In this document: positions 11,014 through 20,297 of the stretch, in pieces
How the letters are laid out: each line of letters starts with the position of its first letter
Position numbering within the stretch: position 1 is the stretch's first letter
IMG/VR virus record: IMGVR_UViG_3300044646_000655
Span: 1 to 56,698 of that record
Length of the DNA: 56,698 bases
Source of the DNA: a virus
Lineage: Duplodnaviria > Caudoviricetes
Direction: 5' to 3' (one strand)
The notes under the pieces: model-generated
What the model was told of the DNA's origin: nothing
The model's input: the letters and a program-made list of their open reading frames with translations, nothing else
The model's database searches: none
Made by a program: the position numbers and the translations under genes

Positions 11014-11714
11014 TGGCATTTAAACCAGAAAGAACAAGTGAACTTGACGAACTATTATTAGCGGATTTATCGCCCGATGATGAATATATTATTGTCGATA
11101 AATCAGATACTGCACAGGGAAAAACTAAAAAGATTAAGCATTCTACGTTACTTGCTGCTTTTGGTGGTGTCCCTACAACAGACGCTGGGGATTTGGTTAC
11201 TGGTACTTTGTCTGATGCTCGTTTGAGTGTCAATGTGACTAGACAAGGAAATACATTTAATGGTGCTAACCAATTAGTTAGATTAAGTGCACTTGCTAAA
11301 TATCCATCTAATGATGGTTCTGAAATCACCAACTTAAATGCTTCAAACATCGCAAGTGGAGAGATAAACGACAATAGAATACCATCAACAGTAGCAAGAA
11401 CAAGAAGGATTATTACTCCTCTTAATACGGCTACCGGTGTTTCCCTTACTGACGCACAGACAAATCATATTTTCAGAGTTGCTCATGTAACAGGAACTGT
11501 TGTATTTAATTTAGAACCAACAATAACTCCAGGTGCATTCTTTACAATTTGTACAATGAGCGTAGGTGATGTTCAGATAAGTAGTGCTAGTGGTTTGATT
11601 ATTCAACCATCTGCTACAGGTAACGTGTCTCTTCCTGGAAGAATTACTGGAGGAAGAAGGATTGAGATTGTATGCTTAGAACCTAACGTGTTTATTGTAT
11701 CAGGAGACATATGA
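11013..11714 (+). CDS. Putative tail fibre/structural protein
   Basis: TAATG coupling; SGTL/ASNIASG-type fibre repeats. Confidence 0.55.
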   Translation: MAFKPERTSELDELLLADLSPDDEYIIVDKSDTAQGKTKKIKHSTLLAAFGGVPTTDAGDLVTGTLSDARLSVNVTRQGNTFNGANQLVRLSALAKYPSNDGSEITNLNASNIASGEINDNRIPSTVARTRRIITPLNTATGVSLTDAQTNHIFRVAHVTGTVVFNLEPTITPGAFFTICTMSVGDVQISSASGLIIQPSATGNVSLPGRITGGRRIEIVCLEPNVFIVSGDI

Positions 11715-12361
11715 TAAAACTAGAAGACTTAAATATCCAAATGCATCTTTTGCCTGACAATCAATATGTTAAGCAAGAGACAACCAAGAAGCAAATTTAT
11801 TTGCATCATACTGTCGGAGGCCCAAGTGGTGAAAACACTATTGATATTTGGGAGAGAGACGCTGTTAAGATTGGAACATCTGTTTGTATTTCTAGAGATG
11901 GAACAATCGTTCAGGCTTTTTCATCCAAGTATTGGGCATTCCATTTAGGTTTGAAAGAGGGTGTGTTTGAAAAACATGGTCTTCCTTACATTTCATTAGA
12001 TAAGATTTCTTTGGGTATCGAGTTGTGTTCCTATGGTCCATTAAAATTTGAAGGAGGTAGATATAAAACTGTCTATGGTCAATTCATTAAGGATGAGGAA
12101 GTTACACAATTAGATAAAGAATTTAGAGGATCTAAATATTGGCATAAGTATACAGATGCTCAGATTGAAAGTACTCGTAAGTTACTTTTATTCTGGGGTC
12201 AGAAATTTAACATCCCTTTGGCTTACGATGAGAAGATTTGGGATGTGTACACTAAGGCTTTGATGGGAGAACCAGGAGTTTACTCTCACGTTAGTGTTCG
12301 CTACGACAAGAGTGATGTGTTTCCTCAACCAGAGCTAATTGCAATGCTTAAGACTTTATAA
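11711..12361 (+). CDS. N-acetylmuramoyl-L-alanine amidase (Amidase_2) endolysin
   Basis: IYLHHT, WAFHLG, SLGIELC, YTDAQI, HVSVRYDKSD zinc-amidase motifs. Confidence 0.85.
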   Translation: MIKLEDLNIQMHLLPDNQYVKQETTKKQIYLHHTVGGPSGENTIDIWERDAVKIGTSVCISRDGTIVQAFSSKYWAFHLGLKEGVFEKHGLPYISLDKISLGIELCSYGPLKFEGGRYKTVYGQFIKDEEVTQLDKEFRGSKYWHKYTDAQIESTRKLLLFWGQKFNIPLAYDEKIWDVYTKALMGEPGVYSHVSVRYDKSDVFPQPELIAMLKTL

Positions 12362-13647
12362 TGGCGTTTGATGTTACGAGACAAGAACTATTAAAACAAG
12401 CCAACGACCTATTAAGGTTGTTTCAGCAGACTCGTGACAAAAAATATAAAGACGAAGAAATAAGACTCAGACGAATTGTTACTGAGTTAGAGGCTACAGA
12501 TATAAGTGGGTCTCAGAGCCTTGATGACTTAACTGATGTTGCTATAAGTGCTCCTGCCAATGCTCAAGTACTAACCTACAACTCAACCACATCACAATGG
12601 GAAAACCAAACTCCTGGAGGAGGTGGTGGTGGAGGTGATATGTACAAAAGTACATACGATGTTGACAATAGCGGTATTGTAGATAAGGCTGAGGCCTTAA
12701 TGACCATAGGAAGAAACTCTACAGGAGCTACACTTTATAAAGGTACGATTGTACGAATTCAAGGTTCTACAGGAAATAGACCAAACTTTGTAAAAGCACA
12801 AGGAAACAACGATGCTAATTCTGCACAGACTTTTGGGGTAGTCGTGACAAATATGCCTAACAATACAGATGGCTATGTTTTGGTTCAAGGGACTATTCAC
12901 GACTTAGATACTAGATCAGGAGCAACACATCCCTTTACAGACGTTACTCTAGCAGATGGAGACTTGCTTTATCTTCACCCTACAATTGCAGGCTATGTAA
13001 CCAATATTAAACCTTTAGCTCCTCAGCACTTGGTTTATGTAGGAGTGGTAACTCGAACCTCTCCTACCAACGGAACTATAGTTTATAGAGTTCAAAATGG
13101 TTATGAGTTGTATGAATTACACGATGTGTCCATAAATTCTCCTACGGATGGACAAGTATTAAAATTCAACGCAGCTCTTAACCTTTGGCAAAATGCAAGC
13201 GGTGCAAATTTTTTATATACAAAGACTATAGTTGCTTACAGAACAACTAACCAACCAAGCGGTACTACTATGAATTTAAGTACAAATGGTACTGGAGTTA
13301 GTGGATTGATTGGACCAACAACAGCTAATGCTACCTGGAACGTAACTATAGATACAATAGCAACTGTTATTGGTATTACAGGAGACGTTACAGGCGTTGT
13401 TATTGGTGATACATATTCTGAAACAACAAGATTGGTGTTCAAAAAGGTAAGTGGTATTTCAACTCTTGTTGCTATTGTTTCATCAGAGGCAGGTTTTGAT
13501 AGTTCTATGACAACAGCATTGATGAACTACTCTGTCGGGGGGACTCAGAACTTGAACTTGCAATTCCAATTCCCTACCTTTGTAGGAACAGGATTAATTC
13601 AAATAAACGCAATAAGTAAACTAGAAATAGTGGAGGTAACATACTAA
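12361..13647 (+). CDS. Tail fibre protein
   Basis: LDDLTDV/LHDV..GQVL repeats, poly-Gly hinge, GDMYKSTYD motif. Confidence 0.65.
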   Translation: MAFDVTRQELLKQANDLLRLFQQTRDKKYKDEEIRLRRIVTELEATDISGSQSLDDLTDVAISAPANAQVLTYNSTTSQWENQTPGGGGGGGDMYKSTYDVDNSGIVDKAEALMTIGRNSTGATLYKGTIVRIQGSTGNRPNFVKAQGNNDANSAQTFGVVVTNMPNNTDGYVLVQGTIHDLDTRSGATHPFTDVTLADGDLLYLHPTIAGYVTNIKPLAPQHLVYVGVVTRTSPTNGTIVYRVQNGYELYELHDVSINSPTDGQVLKFNAALNLWQNASGANFLYTKTIVAYRTTNQPSGTTMNLSTNGTGVSGLIGPTTANATWNVTIDTIATVIGITGDVTGVVIGDTYSETTRLVFKKVSGISTLVAIVSSEAGFDSSMTTALMNYSVGGTQNLNLQFQFPTFVGTGLIQINAISKLEIVEVTY

Positions 13648-14048
13648 TGGGACAGAGACATAAACTATATGGACAGCTAGAAGTTGAAGGCCAAATGCAA
13701 GTTGGTGGTGAGATGGACGTTGCTGGTCAGATGAATGTCGGTGGTGCATTGGTTGTTACTGATGACACTACTACGAATCTACCTAGTGGTACAACAGGAA
13801 GTCTTGTTTACTACAACCTTGCTACTGGTCAACTTACTTATGGTGGCCCACCACCTGCTCTAGAAAAGGAATTGAGACAAGATTTTGTGTCTCCTTACTC
13901 TTATTGTGGTAAGGCAGATGCTGGGGCCTCAGAATCATCAAATGTATGGCTTGTAACAAGAATACAGATACTAGATGACGGAACAACAACTGTTACAACA
14001 GCAAATAACGTAAACTGGACAAATAGATACACACATATATACTCATGA
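13647..14048 (+). CDS. Tail fibre-associated hypothetical protein
   Basis: GQL/GQM V repeats; YSYCGKA..W..RI..W.NR motif; coupled ORF. Confidence 0.5.
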   Translation: MGQRHKLYGQLEVEGQMQVGGEMDVAGQMNVGGALVVTDDTTTNLPSGTTGSLVYYNLATGQLTYGGPPPALEKELRQDFVSPYSYCGKADAGASESSNVWLVTRIQILDDGTTTVTTANNVNWTNRYTHIYS

Positions 14049-14338
14049 AATTAATATCTAAAAAACCAACAATAAAAGATGGCGTAGAATATCCTTACTT
14101 GGCAGTTAGTCTTTCTATGTCACCTCTTTGGAAGCCAAACTTAGGTGCTTCTGTAGCAATTCGCTTTACTCCATTTAGAGAGTTACAAGACGGAACTTAT
14201 GAGTCTTTACCTGATGAACCTAAAGCAATTTCTCTTTTAGACATATTTGAAACTGCACAAGGAGATCCTGCTTTTGAAGATGCTATTCAAGGTATGTTAA
14301 AGACTTTGCAAGATTTAGTAGATAAGAAGGAGTTGTAA
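14045..14338 (+). CDS. Hypothetical protein (possible fibre chaperone)
   Basis: Coupled ORF in tail module. Confidence 0.5.
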   Translation: MKLISKKPTIKDGVEYPYLAVSLSMSPLWKPNLGASVAIRFTPFRELQDGTYESLPDEPKAISLLDIFETAQGDPAFEDAIQGMLKTLQDLVDKKEL

Positions 14339-16203
14339 TGCCACTACCAAGACTTAGAGCAGCAGTAGCAAATGGGGATTGGAATAATCCTTCAACATGG
14401 AATGATGGAGTAGTTCCTAATTCTTTAAACGATGTAGTAGCTTTAAATAACTTTAACGTAACTGTAAATCAAGATATTAATATATATCAATTAACAAATT
14501 TTCAGTTATTTTATACTAGTTATAACTCGTTTGCTCTAATGACATCTAATACGGATCCAGCAGGAAAAGCCGAAAGTTCTTTTAACGATTTTAGAAGTTT
14601 TTATCCTTTTTCTTTAAGTGGAACTACTGTTGACGTAGATACAACTCTTGCGAATCCTTTGTGGTATTCTTATGAATATCCAAATCAAGAACTTGTAGTA
14701 ATTAATAGATATTCTTTTGGTACTGTAGGCAACCATGTTTTAGATCCTAAAGACTGGAAATTACAGGGATGGAATGCTACTACTCAGTTATGGCAAGATT
14801 TAGATTCACAAGTAAATCAAACTACTTATGGAAGTACTTATTTAAGTGGTATTTTAACAAATACTGTAGCTTATTCTAAATATCGAATTATTATATTTCA
14901 AGTAAGAAATGGATATGGATCTTGCAGAATGCAAAACATTCGTTTTTATGAAAAAAATACTTATTACGGAACAGCTACTTCACCAAGAGGTACAGCAGAT
15001 GTAAATGCTTCTAGAAATATTACTATAGGAGCAGGTAATTTACGATGTGCAAATTTTCATACTTTAATGAGATTTAGTTCGCCTTTAGGAAGTGTAATTA
15101 ATTTTAATGGTAAAATAGAACCTCCTTCTGCAAGTTCAGCTACAATTCATACAGTAGAAATAACAGGATCGGGTACATATAATTTTACAGGTGAGTTAGT
15201 AGTGGGTTTAAATTATTCTGGCCAAGGTGCAAATACAATCAGAATTAGTCAAGCGTGTACTTTAAATTTTTATGGTAATGTTTATGGAAATGGAACACAA
15301 GGTAATACTACAGGAGCTATTCTTATTGCAGCATCGGGATCAACTGTAAATATATTTGGAGATGTAGAAGGAGGTAATGGTCTTAATGATGGGGCAATTG
15401 TTGTAAATAGTGCTAGTAATTTAAATGTTTATGGTAATGTCTACGGAACAAGACCAAGCAGTATTCAATATGGAACCGTAGGAATAATCTGTTATAACAG
15501 TGGAGCAAATATACTTATAGTTGGTAATGTAGTGGCTTCATCAGTTATAGGTACTGGGGGACAAGGAGTTCGTTCTGGTATGATAGTAAATAATGCAAAT
15601 CGTGTTGAAATAACAGGAAATATAATTGCTGGTACATTTTACATAACTAATCCAAGTCAAAGATTTTATGGATTATTTATAGGGTCTGTTACAACACTAA
15701 GTATAATTGGAACTATACAAGCTTCTCAAAGAGAATCTGGATTAATTAGCTCTGCTACTCCAATAAATTTTGAACAGTTTTCATATAATTATCAATTATC
15801 TGGTCCTTTTATTTCTGGTCCTACAGGAATACTTCCTTTTAGGGCATCTAGTTTTAAACTAATTTCAAATATTGGTAATTACTATCAGTTTAGAGATTTA
15901 AATCTTAATTCTACGTCTATGGTCTCTCCTAATACTATGGTTGACGTACCTTCTCCTCAAAATGTTAGACAAGGAACTTCTTATGGAAGTGGAAACTATG
16001 TAGGTTCTTTAGCTGTTCCTCCTACGAATAGAGTATCATTAGGCATTCCAGTAGATAACACCGTAGGTACAGCAGTACTAACAGCAGATGATGTATGGAA
16101 TGCACAAACAAGTGCAATGAATACAGCTGGATCCATAGGAAAGCGTTTAAAGAATGCTGCTACTGTAGATAGTACCGGAGATCAATTATCGGCATTATTA
16201 TAA
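14338..16203 (+). CDS. Tail fibre/spike with discoidin (F5/8C)-like domain and beta-helix-like region
   Basis: NGDWNNPSTW start; PKDWKLQG..W..LD..Y.KYRI discoidin-like motif; G/N/T/I-rich repeats. Confidence 0.6.
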   Translation: MPLPRLRAAVANGDWNNPSTWNDGVVPNSLNDVVALNNFNVTVNQDINIYQLTNFQLFYTSYNSFALMTSNTDPAGKAESSFNDFRSFYPFSLSGTTVDVDTTLANPLWYSYEYPNQELVVINRYSFGTVGNHVLDPKDWKLQGWNATTQLWQDLDSQVNQTTYGSTYLSGILTNTVAYSKYRIIIFQVRNGYGSCRMQNIRFYEKNTYYGTATSPRGTADVNASRNITIGAGNLRCANFHTLMRFSSPLGSVINFNGKIEPPSASSATIHTVEITGSGTYNFTGELVVGLNYSGQGANTIRISQACTLNFYGNVYGNGTQGNTTGAILIAASGSTVNIFGDVEGGNGLNDGAIVVNSASNLNVYGNVYGTRPSSIQYGTVGIICYNSGANILIVGNVVASSVIGTGGQGVRSGMIVNNANRVEITGNIIAGTFYITNPSQRFYGLFIGSVTTLSIIGTIQASQRESGLISSATPINFEQFSYNYQLSGPFISGPTGILPFRASSFKLISNIGNYYQFRDLNLNSTSMVSPNTMVDVPSPQNVRQGTSYGSGNYVGSLAVPPTNRVSLGIPVDNTVGTAVLTADDVWNAQTSAMNTAGSIGKRLKNAATVDSTGDQLSALL

Positions 16204-16204
16204 T

Positions 16205-16414
16205 ATGAAACAATTTATAAAAGAAATGTTCTCTGGGAGTGACGGTGTGTCACATAAGAGAGTTTTAGGGACTATTGGGTTTCTATGCATCATTGTTTTT
16301 ATGTTTAAAACAGAAAAGAATGAAGCTGTAGAGGCTGTTGAGTTTGTGACCATGACAATGGTTGCTGGTTCTGTTGCAGAAAAATTTGTAAGAAGATATG
16401 AAAAAGGATCCTAG
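16205..16414 (+). CDS. Small membrane protein, holin candidate
   Basis: SHKRV followed by two hydrophobic segments. Confidence 0.45.
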   Translation: MKQFIKEMFSGSDGVSHKRVLGTIGFLCIIVFMFKTEKNEAVEAVEFVTMTMVAGSVAEKFVRRYEKGS

Positions 16415-16703
16415 ATTAGCAAGGGCTGGGGTCTCAGGTTATAATAAACCCAAGGCCACTCCTAGTCATCCCAAGAAAAGCCACATAGTAGTGGCAAAAG
16501 AAGGTGACAAAGTGAAGACTCTTCGCTTTGGACAACAAGGCGTTAAAACAAATCAAACTGCTGGTCAGCGTGAGGCGTTTAAATCTCGTCATGCCAAGAA
16601 CATCTCTAAGGGAAAGATGTCTGCTGCCTATTGGGCTGACAAAGTAAAATGGAGTCCAAGCAAGACTGCTTCTCCAAGCAAAAAATGGAAGAAAGGAAGT
16701 TAA
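16398..16703 (+). CDS. Small basic phage protein
   Basis: KPKATPSHPKKSH..RFGQQG..FKSRH..SAAYWA, a pattern I recognise from aquatic phages. Confidence 0.7.
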   Translation: MKKDPRLARAGVSGYNKPKATPSHPKKSHIVVAKEGDKVKTLRFGQQGVKTNQTAGQREAFKSRHAKNISKGKMSAAYWADKVKWSPSKTASPSKKWKKGS

Positions 16704-16704
16704 T

Positions 16705-16896
16705 ATGAAAAAATCTATAAAGAAATCCGCAAGTAGATCGATTAGCGTACCCAAGGGTATGAAAATCGAGATCGAGAAAGAAGAAAGTGCTGCCTACAAG
16801 AAGAAAGAAAAGGCAGAAAAAGCAGCTAAGATGAAGAAGATGGAAAAAATGATTTCCTCTGCTGTGTCAAAAGGTTTATCCAAAAGGAAAAAATAA
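16705..16896 (+). CDS. Small Lys-rich protein
   Basis: 63 aa, very basic; coupled spacing. Confidence 0.6.
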   Translation: MKKSIKKSASRSISVPKGMKIEIEKEESAAYKKKEKAEKAAKMKKMEKMISSAVSKGLSKRKK

Positions 16897-16897
16897 T

Positions 16898-17044
16898 ATG
16901 CCACTAGGAAAAAACATATCCAAGAACATTAGCGAACTCACTAAGAAAAACAAAGAGTACGCCAAGCCAGGTGGAAGAACTCCTCGTAGTAAGAAGCAGA
17001 TTCTTGCTATTGCTATTAGTGCTTCCAAAAGAAAGAAAAAATAA
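16898..17044 (+). CDS. Small basic protein (48 aa, not in ORF track)
   Basis: MPLGKNISKNISEL...KQILAIAISASKRKKK; starts 1 nt after previous stop. Confidence 0.65.
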   Translation: MPLGKNISKNISELTKKNKEYAKPGGRTPRSKKQILAIAISASKRKKK

Positions 17045-17056
17045 TTATATTTGTAT

Positions 17057-17182
17057 ATGATGTACGGAAAGAAAGCTAGTGGTAAGGCGATGCCTAAAGC
17101 TGGTAAAATGATGGAAAAGCCTATGGCTAAGGCTATGGTTGCCAAGAAAATGATAGCTAAGAAGTCAGCTAAGAAAAAGTAA
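17057..17182 (+). CDS. Small Lys/Met/Ala-rich protein (41 aa, not in ORF track)
   Basis: MMYGKKASGKAMPKAGKMMEKPMAK...; preceded by TATATTTG (17046-17053). Confidence 0.6.
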   Translation: MMYGKKASGKAMPKAGKMMEKPMAKAMVAKKMIAKKSAKKK

Positions 17183-17325
17183 TGGCGAAAAAAGAGAAAC
17201 CCTCTTCTAGCTCTTGGTCTCCTAAACCTAGTATTAAGAGACCAGGAGTTCACGCTAAGACAAAAACTAGCGGAACGAAAGGTAGTAAAAACTACAAAAA
17301 ACCCTATAGAGGTCAAGGAAAATGA
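17182..17325 (+). CDS. Small basic protein (47 aa, not in ORF track)
   Basis: MAKKEK...RPGVHAK..KNYKKPYRGQGK; TAATG coupling. Confidence 0.65.
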   Translation: MAKKEKPSSSSWSPKPSIKRPGVHAKTKTSGTKGSKNYKKPYRGQGK

Positions 17326-17471
17326 AACAAGGATTGTATGCAAACATTCACGCCAAACGTAAGCGTATTGCTGAGGGAAGCGGAGAGAAGATGAGAAAGC
17401 CTGGCTCAAAAGGTTCTCCCACAACAAAAGCATTTAAACAGTCTGCAAAGACGGCAAAGAAGCGAGGTTAG
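17322..17471 (+). CDS. Small basic protein (49 aa, not in ORF track)
   Basis: MKQGLYANIHAKRKRI..KMRKPGSKGSPT..AFK; ATGA coupling. Confidence 0.7.
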   Translation: MKQGLYANIHAKRKRIAEGSGEKMRKPGSKGSPTTKAFKQSAKTAKKRG

Positions 17472-17488
17472 TCTCGCTTTTGTTTTTT
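17460..17488 (+). terminator. Intrinsic terminator
   Basis: AAGCGAG-gttagt-CTCGCTT followed by TTGTTTTTT. Confidence 0.65.
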
Positions 17489-17500
17489 ACCAAAATTTAG

Positions 17501-17508
17501 TATCTTTG
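17501..17508 (+). promoter_or_regulatory. Bacteroidota-type -7 element TATCTTTG
   Basis: Directly after terminator, 4 nt before ATG 17513. Confidence 0.65.
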
Positions 17509-17512
17509 TTAT

Positions 17513-17788
17513 ATGCAAGAAGTATTTTCAAGGACCTTAGATTATTCAGCAGGATTAACAGGTTCTACTATGATACATGGTACATCTCCGATTACTGGAG
17601 CATTTCAGAGTTTTATTGTAAATGACGATGCCGTTATTGCTGCCGCCTTAGATAAAAATGGTGTTAATATTGTATCTAGATTTGGGGCTCAGACCCTAAA
17701 CAGAGGTGCATATTGGGTAATGCCTAAAGGTGACTACATAACTTCAATAACACTTACAAGCGGTTCTGTGATTGCCTACGGTATATGA
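17513..17788 (+). CDS. Small structural protein
   Basis: Ends ITSITLTSGSVIAY; precedes fibre gene. Confidence 0.55.
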   Translation: MQEVFSRTLDYSAGLTGSTMIHGTSPITGAFQSFIVNDDAVIAAALDKNGVNIVSRFGAQTLNRGAYWVMPKGDYITSITLTSGSVIAYGI

Positions 17789-19947
17789 TAGGACCAAACC
17801 TAAATATACCCAATCCCATAAGAGCAGCAGCAACGTCAACTGTTACTGTAACTCTATTACCTGCAACTAATGTCGGAGCAACTTTCTTTACAGCCAATTG
17901 GGGACCTCTTCCGAAGGCTTATTATTATCTTATAGATCTTAGTACTTCTCCCACATTTGCTACGTTTGTTTATGAAAACCTTGAAGTAACAGGAGACTCC
18001 TATCAGTTTATAAATTTAACTAATGGAGTAACTTATTACTACAGAGTTTCTGCTGTCATAGACACACAATTTTTAAATTTCCACGACCAATTTAATAACT
18101 CTACTGGCTATATTGAAGTAAACACTAGTTCAGACAATAGATCTGACTTGTTTGCTGACTTTTCTTTGTTAAACTATCCTGCTGTATATCAAGAGGATAA
18201 AGTATTTACACAGTTCCCTATTGGGGGCGGTGGTGACTTGGAGTTCCTTAGAAGCACGGCTAAGACAGCCTATGATAAAGATGGTTTTGTTGTTGATGCT
18301 CCTTGGAATAATGGTGCTCGGACAAATGACTTTAACGATACTTCTGTTTGGAATACTAATAATAACATTACTAAAACTCCTAATGTTATAGCAAATCCTT
18401 TAGACGGACAAGTAAATGCTTGGAAAGTTGAAGCTACTGCTAATGGGCTTTTCTCGTTTTTCGGTAGTCCAGGGGGATCACTTTATTATGGCTATGCACA
18501 AACCGAAAGTCTTTTTGTAAAGGCCGGAAGTTGTTATGTTTTGGGTCTCAGAGACGGATCTGTAACAGGACAAGAAGTTAAATTCAATATTGCTACTGGT
18601 GCTGTTATTTCTTCAAACGTAGGAAATAGATGGACTATAGAAGAATACGGTGGAGGTTGGTACAGAATAAGTAAGACAGTTATATCTGGGAATGGGTCAG
18701 CTGGTATTAGAATAGAATTTACTGGCAACGAGTCTGGTGGTGCAGCGGTAGCAGGTCAGTTTTGCTATATATATGGATACCAATGGGAGCAGACAAATAA
18801 AACTGCTGCACCTTGGTCTCCTCGTCCATATTTCCAATTAACCGATAGATTAAATGTTCCTGCTATGGACCATTACTATGGTAATGAGCAAGGAATAACT
18901 ATAGAGCCAACTAGAACAAACCTCGTAAGATACAGTGAAAACATGACTGTAACTGGAGGAATTTGGAGCCCTAATGCTAGTGGCACATTGGTTCAAGCTG
19001 GGGTTCGTTGTCCTGATGGGAGCAATAATTCTTTTAGAATGACTACATCGGGTAGTAATTTTAGTGGTTGGTATCAGTCTATTTCTAATTCAATACAATG
19101 TCAGAGCGTCTATGCTAAATATGAGAATACTCGTTATTTAACTGTTGTTGATGTCTTGGGTAATTTTCCGGGTGCTTCTTTTGATTTGTTAAACGGAGTG
19201 GTATCGGGAACTAGAGCTGGGCATTTTGCTTATATGGAAAATGTTGGTAATGGTTGGTTTAGATGTGTGTGGTGGAATCCAACAACAGATTACTTCTTAG
19301 TTCAATTCTGGCTGAGTAATTCCTCTTTAACTGATATTACTCCAGCAGGAGGAACTGTTTTACTATGGGGCCCACAAGCTGAAACAATGGTCCCAAGATC
19401 TTCAAACACAAGAGCAACTAGTTACATTAGAACTTGGGCCACAACAGTTACAAGAGGTGCTGATCAATTAATTAAAACCGGAATATCTAGTCTTATTGGT
19501 GCTACAGCAGGAACTGCGTTTATAGAATACATTCACAACCCATATAACGAGGGAACAGTATTTGGTTGGAGATCAGCGAATACTCCTTATTGGGCACATT
19601 CTTCTGGTGTATTTAACAATGGAGGTGGATTCTTATGGTGGCAGACTTATTCTGGAGGTACTTATCAAGGCAACCTGGCTATAGATATGTCTCCGTATGC
19701 TTTTGGAAGTAGAATAAAAATAGCTTTAGTATATACTACAACAACTCAAAAGTTATTCATAAATGGCGTACTCAAAGGTAGTCATACAATAGGAGCAATG
19801 TCTTTGAATATGGATGCAATTAGAGTATTGAGTTACGAGGGTTCCACTTCAGAGGTAGAGCCATACAACAACACAACCAAACTTTTTGCGGTTGGAATTG
19901 CTAAGAGAGCATTTACAGACGCAGAAGCAATAGCAATAACATCATAA
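17785..19947 (+). CDS. Tail fibre/receptor-binding protein (FN3 + duplicated CBM-like + LamG-like)
   Basis: LTNGVTYYYRVSA FN3 motif; two GGGWYR/GNGWFR..GxQxE repeats; TSYIRT..VTRGAD; LFING. Confidence 0.65.
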   Translation: MIGPNLNIPNPIRAAATSTVTVTLLPATNVGATFFTANWGPLPKAYYYLIDLSTSPTFATFVYENLEVTGDSYQFINLTNGVTYYYRVSAVIDTQFLNFHDQFNNSTGYIEVNTSSDNRSDLFADFSLLNYPAVYQEDKVFTQFPIGGGGDLEFLRSTAKTAYDKDGFVVDAPWNNGARTNDFNDTSVWNTNNNITKTPNVIANPLDGQVNAWKVEATANGLFSFFGSPGGSLYYGYAQTESLFVKAGSCYVLGLRDGSVTGQEVKFNIATGAVISSNVGNRWTIEEYGGGWYRISKTVISGNGSAGIRIEFTGNESGGAAVAGQFCYIYGYQWEQTNKTAAPWSPRPYFQLTDRLNVPAMDHYYGNEQGITIEPTRTNLVRYSENMTVTGGIWSPNASGTLVQAGVRCPDGSNNSFRMTTSGSNFSGWYQSISNSIQCQSVYAKYENTRYLTVVDVLGNFPGASFDLLNGVVSGTRAGHFAYMENVGNGWFRCVWWNPTTDYFLVQFWLSNSSLTDITPAGGTVLLWGPQAETMVPRSSNTRATSYIRTWATTVTRGADQLIKTGISSLIGATAGTAFIEYIHNPYNEGTVFGWRSANTPYWAHSSGVFNNGGGFLWWQTYSGGTYQGNLAIDMSPYAFGSRIKIALVYTTTTQKLFINGVLKGSHTIGAMSLNMDAIRVLSYEGSTSEVEPYNNTTKLFAVGIAKRAFTDAEAIAITS

Positions 19948-20297
19948 TGATATTTTGTAAATATGAATTTGAGCCTTCTATTTGGGAATCGTTGAAACCA
20001 ACGATACAGCAAGAAGTGCGTGAGAATGTATACGGATTTAAAGACTGCATGGTCGTAGAGATAGGACATTTGTGCACAAAGTATGGCCCGGATAAGATGG
20101 GTAGAAATGTATGCGTTGAAACTAGCCCTAAGTATTCAGTCGATATACTTTGGTACTCAGATATTCCTGAAGACTTTAACCAATACGAAGTGTTTCCAGA
20201 ACCCACAGGAATTCATACATTCGATGGCTTAGATTATCTTTATAAACAAAGATTCTGTCAGTTCAACCCCAATAGTCCTCATTGCGATGTTAACTAA
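19947..20297 (+). CDS. Hypothetical protein (possible fibre chaperone)
   Basis: YSVDILW..P..G.HTF.G motif; coupled. Confidence 0.55.
   Translation: MIFCKYEFEPSIWESLKPTIQQEVRENVYGFKDCMVVEIGHLCTKYGPDKMGRNVCVETSPKYSVDILWYSDIPEDFNQYEVFPEPTGIHTFDGLDYLYKQRFCQFNPNSPHCDVN

Noticed and set aside
16434-17433. Minus-strand ORFs of 106 and 185 aa
   Set aside because: F/L-rich antisense shadows of the Lys-rich plus-strand genes.
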